Below, in pieces: positions 9,516-19,360 of a stretch of 64,000 bases of DNA. The notes below the pieces were generated by a model. That model saw only the letters and a list, made by a program, of their open reading frames with translations, was not told where the DNA came from and did not search any database. The translations under genes and the position numbers were made by a program. Source of the stretch: Candidatus Krumholzibacteriia bacterium (GTDB lineage: Bacteria > Krumholzibacteriota > Krumholzibacteriia > JAJRXK01); contig JBGPIA010000010.1 in NCBI GenBank assembly GCA_041484665.1, positions 64,001 to 128,000 on the forward strand, written 5' to 3'. How positions within the stretch are numbered: position 1 is the stretch's first letter; each line of letters begins with the position of its first letter.

Positions 9516-10811
9516 ATGCGCACTTGGAGAACGCTTGCGGCGCGCGGGGGTGCTCCCGCGCTGGCGGTGGCGGTGGCGCTGTCGCTGTGGCCCGCGGTGG
9601 CCCCGGATGCGCCGCGCGCGCAGAACCCGTTCCTGCAGCAGCGCGACGCCAAGCGCATCCAGCAGATCTCCATCTTCGGCAATCGCGTCACCAAGGAGTA
9701 TGTGATCCGGCGCGAGTTGCGCTTCCACGAGGGGGACGTGTACGACGCAGAGGCCGTCGCCTCCGCGTGGGAGCGCCTGGAGAAGCTCGACTTCATCTCC
9801 TACGTGGACATCCAGGAGAAGCAGCCATCGCCCGGCGAGGTGATCCTGGTCATCCAGGTGGAGGAGGAAGGCCGCCTGTCCTTCATTCCGGGCACGTCCT
9901 ACGACGATCGCTACGGCGGCGTGAGCCTGGAGGCGCGGGCGCTCTATCGCAATTTCCGCGGGCACGGCGAGGTGGTGGAGCTGGACGCCTCCTGGCTCAA
10001 GCTACACGCCTTCCGCCTGGGTTGGACCAACCCCTGGATCCTGGGGCGGGCACACCTGGGCGTATCGCTGGACGGGGAGTGGAAGCGCTACGACTTCCGC
10101 TACGAGCCCTTCCACTTCGAGGAGCCCAGCGGCCAGATCGCCGTCTGGCGCGACCTGGGCCGGTGGGCGCGGGCGACCACCTCGTTCGCGTATCGCAACG
10201 AGCGCATCGACGACAGCGAGCAGCCCGCGGCCTTCCCCGACCACACGATCGTCGACCCGGTGCTCGCGCTGCGTCTGGAGCACGACAGCCGCGACCTGCG
10301 CTACTACCCGCGCAAGGGCGTCCACGCGGTGGCCGAGGTGCGTTACGGCGCGCTGGGCCAGGGGCGCCCGTACACCACCTACGAGGGGCTGTTGGCCGGC
10401 TTCTACGCGGTGCCGGTGGCTGGCATCCTCGCCGGCCGCATCGACTACCACGCCAGCAGTACGGCGTTGCCATTCTACGAACGGGCCTACCTCGGCGGCG
10501 CGGAGAACCTGCGCGGCGTCGACTTCGGCCGCGTGCGCGGCGACGAGAGTTGGCTGGCCACCGTGGAGCTGCGCAAGCCCCTGTTCCTGCTGCCCCTGCG
10601 CGAGGGGCGCACGGTGGGGCTCGGCCTGCATGCCTTCCATGACTGGGGCAAGGCCTGGGCGCACGGCGCGGGCTTCGACAGCGCGCCGGTGCGTTGGTCC
10701 TGGGGCGCGGGCGCCCACCTGAACGTCAACATCGCCAATCTGCGCTTCGAGTGGGTGCGCAACGACCTGGGCGTGGATTCGTTCGTCTTCGAGGACCGCT
10801 TTACCTTCTAG
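9516..10811 (+). CDS. Omp85/BamA-TamA-like outer membrane protein, single POTRA domain
   Basis: Signal peptide; POTRA ISIFGNRVTKEYVIRREL; RNFRGHGE; LGGAENLRG; terminal Phe. Confidence 0.85.
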   Translation: MRTWRTLAARGGAPALAVAVALSLWPAVAPDAPRAQNPFLQQRDAKRIQQISIFGNRVTKEYVIRRELRFHEGDVYDAEAVASAWERLEKLDFISYVDIQEKQPSPGEVILVIQVEEEGRLSFIPGTSYDDRYGGVSLEARALYRNFRGHGEVVELDASWLKLHAFRLGWTNPWILGRAHLGVSLDGEWKRYDFRYEPFHFEEPSGQIAVWRDLGRWARATTSFAYRNERIDDSEQPAAFPDHTIVDPVLALRLEHDSRDLRYYPRKGVHAVAEVRYGALGQGRPYTTYEGLLAGFYAVPVAGILAGRIDYHASSTALPFYERAYLGGAENLRGVDFGRVRGDESWLATVELRKPLFLLPLREGRTVGLGLHAFHDWGKAWAHGAGFDSAPVRWSWGAGAHLNVNIANLRFEWVRNDLGVDSFVFEDRFTF

Positions 10812-10915
10812 GCGACGCAGGCGCGCAGCCTGCCCGCCGGCGGCCGGCTCCGCCGGCGAGCCGCTCGCCGTGCGCGCCGGGCCGGCGCCCCCGAACGTGG
10901 AAGGAGGTGAGCGCG

Positions 10916-11974
10916 ATGAGCCCAGCGGAACGCATCCGCCTGACGCAGTACGCGAGCGCGGCCGGCTGAGCCGCCAAGCTGAGTCCGGAGGACTTGGCTC
11001 GCATCCTCGACGGCCTGCCCACGGCGCAGGACGACCCCAACGTCCTGGTCGGGCTGGAGCGTCCCGATGACGCCGGCGTCGTGCGCATCGCCGGCGATCG
11101 GGCCATCGTGCTCACCGTCGACATCATCACGCCGCTGGTGGACGACCCGCGCGCGTTTGGCAGCATCGCCGCCGCCAACTCCATCAGCGATCTCTACGCG
11201 ATGGGCGCGCGTCCGATCGCGGCGCTGAACATTGCGTGCTTCGTGCCCAGCCTCCCGGCGGAGGTCTACCGGGCGATCCTGTCGGGCGCCGCCGAGACCG
11301 CCCGGGCGGCCGGCTGCCCCATCGTCGGCGGGCACACCATCAAGGACACCGAGATCAAGTTCGGGCTGGCGGCCGTCGGCGAGGTGCACCCGCAGCGCAT
11401 CCTCACCAAGGGTGGCGCGCTGCCGGGTGACGCGCTGGTGTTGACCAAGCCGCTGGGCACCTCGGCGCTGGCCACCGCGCTCAAGCGCGGCGTCTTGTCC
11501 GAGGGCGAATCCGCCTACGAGCGCCTGATCGCCTCCATGACGACGCTCAACGCCGATGCCGCGGACGTAGCCCTGCGCTACGGCGCGCACGCGCTCACCG
11601 ACATCACGGGCTTCGGCCTCTCGGGGCACTCCCTGGAAATGGCCCAGGCCAGCGGGGTGACACTCGAGATCCAGCTGGGCGAGCTGCCCGTGCTCCCGCG
11701 CGCCCTCGAGCTGCTCGCGGCCGGGCACACCTGCGGGGGAACCGCAGCCAACCGCGCGCGGGCTCAGGCCTCCCTGGAAATCTGCGGGGCGCCGGGCGAG
11801 GCACTGCTCGCCCTGCTTCACGATCCACAGACCTCCGGGCCGCTGCTCATGGCGCTGCCCCCCGCGGCCGCCGACGCGGCTGTCGCCGAGCTGCGCCGGC
11901 GCGGGCACGCCGACACGCGGCGGATCGGCCGCGCGCTACCCCAGGCTACCGCTGCGCTGCGCGTCGTGGCCTGA
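10916..11974 (+). CDS. selD: Selenide, water dikinase (selenophosphate synthetase), selenocysteine-containing
   Basis: SD AAGGAGGT, ATG 10916: MSPAERIRLTQYASAAG-U(TGA 10967-10969)-AAKLSPEDL, continuing in frame into DDAGV, AAANSISDLYAMG, GGHTIKD, TDITGFGLSGH, DPQTSG. Confidence 0.95.
10970..11000 (+). promoter_or_regulatory. SECIS-like stem-loop
   Basis: GCCAA...TTGGC outer pairing enclosing AGTCC-GGA-GGACT, immediately 3' of the UGA. Confidence 0.65.
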
Positions 11975-12339
11975 GCGGGTCCGCGACGCGGGATCCGGCG
12001 TCCTGCGGCCGCCGCGCGACGGCACCCCCCCCGACCCATCCGACGCCCCCGCGAGCGCCCGCCGCGCGACCCCCCCGCCGCGCGACCCCCCCGCACGCGC
12101 TCCGCGCGGTCACGCTGCGCGCGGGGCCGCCCCTGCTTGCGCCGGGCGCCAGGCCGGGTTATCTACCCGAGTGCCGCGCCGGGCCCGGCTCCACCGGAGC
12201 GGCACCCATGCAGATCCCATGCAGCAGGGGAATCGAGTGAGTCATACGCACGACGTCGGGATCGCCCTGGCACGGAACGGCGCCCTTCGTCCATCCGATC
12301 CGACAGATGCAGTGAAGACATCATCCACTGGAGTGGGGA

Positions 12340-13341
12340 ATGGCAGAGAAGATCGCCGTCTACGTGGACGGTGCCAATGCGTATTTCGCCCAGAAGGAGG
12401 CGCTGGGTTGGTGGATCGACTGGCCCAGCTTCCTCAGCGTCATGAAGGAAGGGCGCGAGCTGGTGAGCGTGCGCTGGTACCAGGCGTACCGCGGAACTCC
12501 CGAGCCCGAGCAGGATCGGTTCCTCCACCATCTGACCCTGATCGGCTTCGCCGTCCGCAAGAAGATCCTCAAGAACATCTTCGACAAGATCACTGGAGAG
12601 ACAACGGTGAAGGGCAATCTCGACGTCGAGCTGACGATCGATGCCCTCACCGAGGCGAATCACTACGACACGGCCATCCTGGTCACGGGCGACAGCGACT
12701 TCGTGTCGCTGGTGGAAGCGCTGCGTTCCCGGGGCAAGCGCGTGTGGGTGGTGGCCACGCAGCAAAACGTCGCCGTCGAACTGCGGCAGGCCGTAGGGGT
12801 CAACTACATCGATCTGCGCGACCTGCGTCATCGCATCGAGAGCGCCAAGCGCGCTCCCGAGCCGCGCAACGACCGCGCCGAGCGTGCCGATCGTCCCGAA
12901 CGTCCTGACCGTCTCGATCGTGCCGAACGTGCCGAGCGCCCCGAGCGACCCGAACGACCGGAGCCCGTGCCGCGCAACGGCGGGCCGCGGGAGCGCGTCG
13001 AGGAGGCTGGCGCCCCGGTCAACGGCGACGAGATCCGGGAGGACGACCCCGAAGCCGGCCTCGTGCCGGCGCCACCGCGGGAGGACATCGCCCTTCCCCA
13101 GGAGGGCGAGATCGTCCGCTGCCACGTCCAGGCCGTGAAGCGTTACGGCGTGTTCCTCGATCTGCACGAGAGCGTCAAGACGCTGCTGCACGTCAAGGAC
13201 ATGAACCGCGGCTTCGTGGGGGACGCGGCCGAGTTCTACCGCGTGGGCGACCAGATCACCGTGCAGATCGTCTCGATCGACTGGTCGCGCACCCCGCCCG
13301 AGGTACGCGTGCAGGTGACGACACCGGAGATGGAGTACTGA
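12340..13341 (+). CDS. NYN (LabA/DUF88, PIN-like) domain protein with C-terminal S1 RNA-binding domain
   Basis: VYVDGAN, KGNLDVELTID, LVTGDSDF; charged ERP/DRP repeat linker; S1-like GEIVRCHVQAVKRYGVFLDL...LLHVKDM...VGDQITVQIVSID. Confidence 0.9.
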   Translation: MAEKIAVYVDGANAYFAQKEALGWWIDWPSFLSVMKEGRELVSVRWYQAYRGTPEPEQDRFLHHLTLIGFAVRKKILKNIFDKITGETTVKGNLDVELTIDALTEANHYDTAILVTGDSDFVSLVEALRSRGKRVWVVATQQNVAVELRQAVGVNYIDLRDLRHRIESAKRAPEPRNDRAERADRPERPDRLDRAERAERPERPERPEPVPRNGGPRERVEEAGAPVNGDEIREDDPEAGLVPAPPREDIALPQEGEIVRCHVQAVKRYGVFLDLHESVKTLLHVKDMNRGFVGDAAEFYRVGDQITVQIVSIDWSRTPPEVRVQVTTPEMEY

Positions 13342-13372
13342 CAGCAGGGTCCGCGGCGCCGCGGGCGCGCCG

Positions 13373-14305
13373 TCATGTGCGTGAAGGAAGGGGCTCGCGG
13401 CCGGTCTTCTCCCGGAAGAAGCGGTAGCTGAGGATCTTCACCGCCAGCTTGGCGGCCACCAGCTCGTTGACCTGCGACTGGAGCTGCGGAACCGTCTCGG
13501 TGATGTCGGCGCCAATCACCAGGGCCTTGCTGTCCAGCAGCAGCCAGCGCGCCACGCGCAGGGCCTCGCTCCAGCTCAGGCCTCCGGGCTGCGGGGTGCC
13601 CGTGCCGGGACACAGGTGCACTTCGAGGCCGTCGATGTCCACGGTGAAGTAGACCGGCCCCGTGAGGCTGGTCAGCTGCTCGCGCAGGCGGTCCCACACC
13701 CGGGGCTCCTCGAGCTGGTGGGACCAATATGTATGGATGCGCTCGTCGCCTCGGATGAGCTCGAACTCTTCCTGGCAGGCGCTGCGGATGCCGATGGCGA
13801 TGAGCTGGGCGGCCCCCATCTCCAGCAGCCGGCGCATGGCACAGGCGTGGTTGTGGATGGTGCCGCCGTACTCGGTGCGCAGGTCGGCGTGGGCGTCGAT
13901 CTGAACGATGGTTAGCTCGCGGGGGTTCTTGCACACCCCGGCCAGGATCGCCGGCGTGACCGAATGCTCACCGCCCAGCCCCAGGGGGAACGGCGGGGCC
14001 AGCCCGTAGCCGGCGCAGGCCTTCTTCAGTCGCGCCAGGTACGCCTCTGGGCGCTCGGCCGGATCGCACTCCACCGGCGGAAGGGTCGCGATCTTGAGGC
14101 CGGTCATCAAGTCCCAGCCGAGCTCCTCATCGAAGGTCTCGACCTGCTCGCTGGCCGCGAGGATCGCCGCCGGCCCCTGACCGGTCCCCCGCCCGTAGCT
14201 CACGGTCCCCTCGAAGGGAGCGGAGATCACCGCCACGTCGGCGTCATCCAGGCCAGCGTTGGGAACGCCCAGGAAGCTCTGTTGCGGTGAAGCCTTCTCG
14301 GCCAT
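13373..14305 (-). CDS. speB: Agmatinase (ureohydrolase family)
   Basis: PFEGTVSYGRGT, GGEHS, DAHADLR, TVDIDGL, PGTGTPQPGG. Confidence 0.9.
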   Translation of the reverse strand: MAEKASPQQSFLGVPNAGLDDADVAVISAPFEGTVSYGRGTGQGPAAILAASEQVETFDEELGWDLMTGLKIATLPPVECDPAERPEAYLARLKKACAGYGLAPPFPLGLGGEHSVTPAILAGVCKNPRELTIVQIDAHADLRTEYGGTIHNHACAMRRLLEMGAAQLIAIGIRSACQEEFELIRGDERIHTYWSHQLEEPRVWDRLREQLTSLTGPVYFTVDIDGLEVHLCPGTGTPQPGGLSWSEALRVARWLLLDSKALVIGADITETVPQLQSQVNELVAAKLAVKILSYRFFREKTGREPLPSRT

Positions 14306-14549
14306 GATCGCACCTCGCCGGCCCGCGCCGGCAGCCCGGATCCCGGGCGCCCTGGATCCACCCGTGACAAGCGGGCCACCCGGTGTTACAGTACTGGGGT
14401 CGACGACGGCGCGCGCCTGGAGGATCCCAGAGGTCGCGGCCGTTCGGGCGCCTCGGACACCTGTACCTTCCCTCCCGGTCCGAGCCGAAGCGAACAGTCT
14501 AGCAGAATCGTTCGGCTTGGGTAGACCGCTTCCCAGAAGGAGTGTGCCG

Positions 14550-16064
14550 ATGCCACGTCCGTCCACCATCAAGCTCCTGCCCTTCCTGCTGCTCGCGATC
14601 GCCGCCCTATGGGGCTGCTCGAACGATCCTTCCCAGCCCACGCCACCTGTCAACGAGCCGCAAAACGGCGTGCTGCAGGCGATCGACCTCCACGGCGCGG
14701 GCGCGGACTTCGAGGTCCAGACCAACACCTCGGGCGATCCGTTGCATCCGCGTCAGGGGCCTTTCGCGGTCCGCGGTAGCAACCTCCATTACGACACCGA
14801 CCTGCACGCATTGGTGGTCGACCTCACGGCCATCAACCGCGGCCAGCGCCAGTTCCCCGAGCCCGTGACGCTCACGTTCGTGGCGCTGCTGCCCCCGGGC
14901 GTTACCGTACAGAATGCCGACAACGGCGAGACCGGAGCCGGAGCCCAGATCCAGTTCGCCTTCGCCAATGACGACAATCTCTGGAGCCCCGGCGAGGAAA
15001 GCCTCCCCAAGACGGTGAGGTTCGGGGTGGATGCCGGCGTCTCGATGGCCTTCGTCGGCCGCATCGACGTCGGGATCGCCGCCGGGTCGGGCGCCATCGG
15101 CGGGGTCGTCTGGAACGATGCGAACCGCGACGGGGTCGTGAATACCGACGAGGGTGGGATCGGCGGGGCGAAGGTGCGCCTGACCGCCGAGGGCATGGAG
15201 GCGCGCACCGCCACGACGCAGGATGACGGCGGCTACCGCTTCGATAACCTGCCGGCCGGCATGTACGTCGTGCAGAAGGTGCCGATGGCCGGGCTGGAGC
15301 CCACCACGCCCACCTCGATCACCGTACTGCTCGTGGAGCAGGACGGCACGGTGAGCGACTTCCTCATGGCCAATTTCGGCTGTGTGCGCCATCCGGTCGA
15401 CACACCGCCTACGATCGACGTGGGCGATGCCGTGAATGTCAGCGGGAAGTACTCCGGGCCCGCCACTGACCCCGCGACCGACGCTCACCGCATCGTGGCC
15501 GACGAGATCGTGGTCCGCAAGCACCGTCGCGACGCGAGCAGCTCGGCTCCGCCGACCGCAACCCCCTTCCATCCCGATCCCATCAGGTGGCTCGAGAATG
15601 GATGGCTCGCGGGCCCGGTGACCGACATCAACCTCGAGCGCAACGCGCTGCAGGTGATGGGCACATGGATCCACTTCGCCGCTGAAGACTCCAACGCAGT
15701 CTGGGAACCCGGCGGACCGTCTGGCATGCCCGGAATGCCGCCCGCGCTGAATGACGATCCGACCGACACTCCCGATTTCCCCCGCGGCGTGGATCTGAAG
15801 CTCGCGGACGTGCACGTGGGTGACCGCGTGGCGGTGCGCGTGTCCGGCGTGGTCTGTCCGGTGTGCGAAATGCCGACCATGCCGCTGAGGGGTTTGCACA
15901 TCCGTGCGTGGAAGGGCGAGCCCGAGAAGGCGGTGGGCCGCGCCGAGGTCGTCCTGCAGGAGCCCGACACCAATGGCGGACAGCGCCTGCTGGGGCTGAT
16001 CGTGCTACAGACCCACATCCAGATCACCAAGAACACGGTGATCCACGTCATCCCGGCGAAGTGA
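14550..16064 (+). CDS. Lipoprotein with SdrD B-like/collagen-binding B domain
   Basis: Lipobox LWGC; IGGVVWNDANRDG...EGGIGGAKVRL...GGYRFDNLPAGMY...NFG; SD AAGGAG. Confidence 0.75.
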   Translation: MPRPSTIKLLPFLLLAIAALWGCSNDPSQPTPPVNEPQNGVLQAIDLHGAGADFEVQTNTSGDPLHPRQGPFAVRGSNLHYDTDLHALVVDLTAINRGQRQFPEPVTLTFVALLPPGVTVQNADNGETGAGAQIQFAFANDDNLWSPGEESLPKTVRFGVDAGVSMAFVGRIDVGIAAGSGAIGGVVWNDANRDGVVNTDEGGIGGAKVRLTAEGMEARTATTQDDGGYRFDNLPAGMYVVQKVPMAGLEPTTPTSITVLLVEQDGTVSDFLMANFGCVRHPVDTPPTIDVGDAVNVSGKYSGPATDPATDAHRIVADEIVVRKHRRDASSSAPPTATPFHPDPIRWLENGWLAGPVTDINLERNALQVMGTWIHFAAEDSNAVWEPGGPSGMPGMPPALNDDPTDTPDFPRGVDLKLADVHVGDRVAVRVSGVVCPVCEMPTMPLRGLHIRAWKGEPEKAVGRAEVVLQEPDTNGGQRLLGLIVLQTHIQITKNTVIHVIPAK

Positions 16065-16240
16065 AGGGAGACGCAGGAGACGATTCCGACGAAATGCCTG
16101 GGGGGATTGCTTCACGACGCGCTCCGCATCCCCTCCAGGCCCGGCGGGTCCGGCGCTCACGCGTCGGCCCGTCTGCCGCGGCTGGTCGCGCGACGCCTTA
16201 TCACCGTAGCCCCACACCGGACCGGCCGCGGCCCTTTCGC

Positions 16241-16276
16241 AGCGCCCCCCGCCCCACGGCGGGGGGCGCTTTGTGT
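16241..16276 (+). terminator. Intrinsic terminator between convergent genes
   Basis: 13-bp perfect stem AGCGCCCCCCGCC/GGCGGGGGGCGCT, CCAC loop, followed by TTGTGT. Confidence 0.7.
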
Positions 16277-16278
16277 GT

Positions 16279-18246
16279 TCAGCCCGGTACCAGCTCGTCG
16301 AGCGTGCGCAGGAAGTCGGACACCAACCCATCGAGTTCGCGTTGCGCTCGGGCCAGCGCCGCGCTGAGCGGCTCCCCCGCGGCGATCGCCTCGGAGAGCT
16401 CGAAGTAGTACTTGATCTTGGGCTCGGTGCCGCTGGGGCGCAGGAGCACGCTGGCACCACCGGCGAGCGTGAGCGCGATCACGTTGCTGCGGGGCAACTC
16501 GAGCCTCGCCGGCGCGCCGGCCGCGGCCCCCATCCCCCCCTGCACCGCCCGACTGCCGGACGCGCCGGGCGAGAGCGTGCGCAGCGTGCCCAGCGAGTAG
16601 TCGGCCACCTGCACCACCGCCCGGTCTGCGCCGATGCGTTGCGGTGTGTGGGCGCGGAAGGACTCCATGATCGCGGCGATGCGCGAGGAGCCCATCGCGC
16701 CCGGCAGCGTGACGCTGTGCTGGCGCGTGAGGAACAGCCCGAAGCGGCGGTAGATGCTCTCAAGGTACTGCAGCACGCTGAGCCCGCGCTGGCGGCACAC
16801 GGCGGCGAGCTCCACGAACATCAGGGCCGCGCCGATGCCGTCCTTGTCTGGCGTGACCTCCCCCACCGAGTAGCCGAGCGCCTCCTCGTAGCCCAGCAGC
16901 AAGCGCGCGTCCTCGCGAGCGGCGAGCTGCTGGGCGCGGTTGGCGATCCACTTGAAGCCGGTAAGCGTCTCGTCGTACCGGGCGCCCAGCTCGCGGGCCA
17001 TCTTCGAGAGCAGCCGCGAGCTGACGATGGTGGTCATCACCAGGGGCTTCGCGCCGGCCGGAAGCGCCGCTCCCAGGCGCTCGGTCAGCAGGTAGTAGCC
17101 CAGCACCGTTCCGATCTGGTCGCCGGTGAGCATCCGGTAGCGCGGCGCGGCGGCGGCTGGCATGGCCGCGGCGCTCGAGCGGCCGGCGACCGCGCCCGGC
17201 ACGCTTGCCGGACCGCCGGCCGTGGAGCCGCCCCGGTTACCGTCCCGGGCACCGTCCTGCGCGCCGTCCTGCGGCACTGCGACCGCGAGGCGGTCGGCGT
17301 CGGGATCGTTGGCCAGGACCAGGTCCGCGCGCACTTGCGCTGCCAGCGCCAGGGCCAGGTCCATGGCCCCCTTCTCCTCAGGGTTGGGAAACCGCACGGT
17401 GGGGAACTCGCCGTCCGGCTCGGCCTGCTGGGGTACGACGCTCAGCCGCGCGACCCCGTCGCGATCGAGTGCCGCACGCACGAGCTTGCCGCCCACACCG
17501 TGCATGGGCGTGTAGACGACCGTCAGCGCGCGCGGGACTTCGGGATGGCGGCGCAGCGCGGCGATGGCGTCGAGGTAGTCGGAAATCAACTGCGCGGGGA
17601 CCGGGCGGATCAGGCCAGCGCGGCGGGCGTCGTCCAGTCCGGCCAGAGGTACCTCGGCCAGGCCTTGGACCGACTCGATCGCGGCGCTGATGCCCTGGTC
17701 GTGCGGTGGGATGATCTGCGCGCCGTTGCTCCAATAGACCTTGAAGCCGTTGTACTCGGGCGGGTTGTGGCTGGCCGTGACGACGACGCCGGCCGCCGTG
17801 CGCAGGTGCTTGACGGCGAAGGCCACCAGCGGCGTCGGCGCGTACTCGGTGAAGGCGAGCACGGGGATGCCGGCGCCGGCGAGCACGCGCGCGGTGTCCT
17901 CGGCCAGCTCCCGCGACAGTCGCCGCCCGTCGTAGCCGACCACGACGCCGCGCGGCGCATCGGCCGCCGCCACGCGCAGCAGGTAGCGCGCGAGGCCCGC
18001 CGTCACGCGCCGCACCAGCGCGCGGTTCATGCGGTTGGGTCCTGGCCCCAGCACGCCGCGCAACCCGGCGGTGCCGAACTCCAGGCGCTGGCCGAAGGCG
18101 TCCTGCAGCTCGGCGAGCGCGCCCGCGTCGCCGCGCTGCGCGCCGTCGATCGTCGCTTTGAGCGCGGCACGCGCCGCGGGATCGGGGTCCTCGGCCAGCC
18201 ACGCCTGCGCGGCTGCCAGCAGGCCGCGCCGATCGTAAGGCGTCAC
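16279..18246 (-). CDS. Phosphosugar mutase (PGM/PMM, PGM2-like)
   Basis: FGTAGLRG, phosphoserine motif TASHNP, metal loop DPDADR, GYEEALG, RPSGTEPKIK; GTG start overlaps the upstream stop. Confidence 0.92.
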   Translation of the reverse strand: MTPYDRRGLLAAAQAWLAEDPDPAARAALKATIDGAQRGDAGALAELQDAFGQRLEFGTAGLRGVLGPGPNRMNRALVRRVTAGLARYLLRVAAADAPRGVVVGYDGRRLSRELAEDTARVLAGAGIPVLAFTEYAPTPLVAFAVKHLRTAAGVVVTASHNPPEYNGFKVYWSNGAQIIPPHDQGISAAIESVQGLAEVPLAGLDDARRAGLIRPVPAQLISDYLDAIAALRRHPEVPRALTVVYTPMHGVGGKLVRAALDRDGVARLSVVPQQAEPDGEFPTVRFPNPEEKGAMDLALALAAQVRADLVLANDPDADRLAVAVPQDGAQDGARDGNRGGSTAGGPASVPGAVAGRSSAAAMPAAAAPRYRMLTGDQIGTVLGYYLLTERLGAALPAGAKPLVMTTIVSSRLLSKMARELGARYDETLTGFKWIANRAQQLAAREDARLLLGYEEALGYSVGEVTPDKDGIGAALMFVELAAVCRQRGLSVLQYLESIYRRFGLFLTRQHSVTLPGAMGSSRIAAIMESFRAHTPQRIGADRAVVQVADYSLGTLRTLSPGASGSRAVQGGMGAAAGAPARLELPRSNVIALTLAGGASVLLRPSGTEPKIKYYFELSEAIAAGEPLSAALARAQRELDGLVSDFLRTLDELVPG

Positions 18247-19160
18247 GGCGCCCTGCGCAGCCGCAGGCCGGGCAGGAGCTTTTCGCGCACGAGCGCCTCG
18301 GTCTCGTCGCGCAGCGCGCGACGCGCCACGTCCTCGATCGGCAAGAGCGGCCGGCGCACGTCGCCCCCGTGCAAGCCGCGCAGGTCCATCGCCGCCTTGA
18401 CCCCGGCGATCCCGAAGTCGGAGACGGCCAGCTTGGCCGCCGGGCGCATGCGCTCGTGCATGCGGCGGGCGTCGTCGGTGCGGCCTTCGCGCATCGCCCG
18501 CGCGATGGCGAGCATCGGCTCGGGGTAGACGTCGGCAGCCGCGAGGATCCCACCTGCCGCGCCGGCCTCCAGCGCCGGCTGGAAGATCGCGGCGTTGCCG
18601 CACAAGACCTGGAAGCTGCGCGGTACGCGCGCCAGCACCTCGCGCAGGTGGGCGAGATCGCCGCCGCTGTCCTTGAGCCCGGCGATGTTGGGATGCGCGC
18701 TCAGCTTCGCGATGGCCTCGCTCGACAGGACCATCCCCGTGCAGAACGGCATGTCGTACAGCAGCACCGGCCTGCGCGCGGCGTCGGCCACCGCAGTGAA
18801 GAAGGCGATCTGCGCCGCATTCCCCAGGTGCGTCTTGAAGTAATGCGGGGTCAAAACGAGCAACAGGCTCGCTCCGCAGTCCGCGGCGGCGTGGGCCAGC
18901 CGGATGGTCGCCGCGGTGGACTCGAGCCCCACGCCCGCGAGCAGGGGCTTGGCCGGCGGGATCACGCTGCGTGCGGCGCGCAGCAGCGCCAGCTTCTCCT
19001 CGTCCTCGAGCAACACCGCCTCGGCCGTGGTGCCCAGAATGAGATAGCCATCCACGCCCGCCTCTTCGTAACGCGCGATGTTCTCGACCAGGAGCTCGGG
19101 GGCGATGCGCTCGCCGCGGTACGGCGTAGTGAGCGGGAGCAGGACGCCGGAAAGCTGCAT
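18243..19160 (-). CDS. Dihydrodipicolinate synthase-family class I aldolase
   Basis: LTTPY, GTTAE, LLYDMP, Schiff-base GLKDSGG, VRRPL. Confidence 0.9.
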   Translation of the reverse strand: MQLSGVLLPLTTPYRGERIAPELLVENIARYEEAGVDGYLILGTTAEAVLLEDEEKLALLRAARSVIPPAKPLLAGVGLESTAATIRLAHAAADCGASLLLVLTPHYFKTHLGNAAQIAFFTAVADAARRPVLLYDMPFCTGMVLSSEAIAKLSAHPNIAGLKDSGGDLAHLREVLARVPRSFQVLCGNAAIFQPALEAGAAGGILAAADVYPEPMLAIARAMREGRTDDARRMHERMRPAAKLAVSDFGIAGVKAAMDLRGLHGGDVRRPLLPIEDVARRALRDETEALVREKLLPGLRLRRAP

Positions 19161-19360
19161 GCGTGACCCTCCTCGAACGCGCTATGGGGGCGCCCGGCCG
19201 CCCCATTGTGGGCGCTGCGCGTGACCGCGTCCAGTGGGCGCGGCCGGCGTGCGGGGCTGTTGGCGGACTGTGTTGCGGGCTTGGATGCCCGCCGCCTCCC
19301 GGCGTAGCATCGGCGGGCCGCCGGCACCCGCGTCCCGCGCCGGCGTCACCCGCAGGGAGG

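Noticed and set aside
12040..12110. GC-rich short repeats (CCGCGCGACCCCCCC twice); also 212-298, 22696-22758 and GTGCGCAGGC three times near 52936-52978, considered as CRISPR
   Set aside because: No regular repeat-spacer structure and no cas genes; simple slippage repeats.
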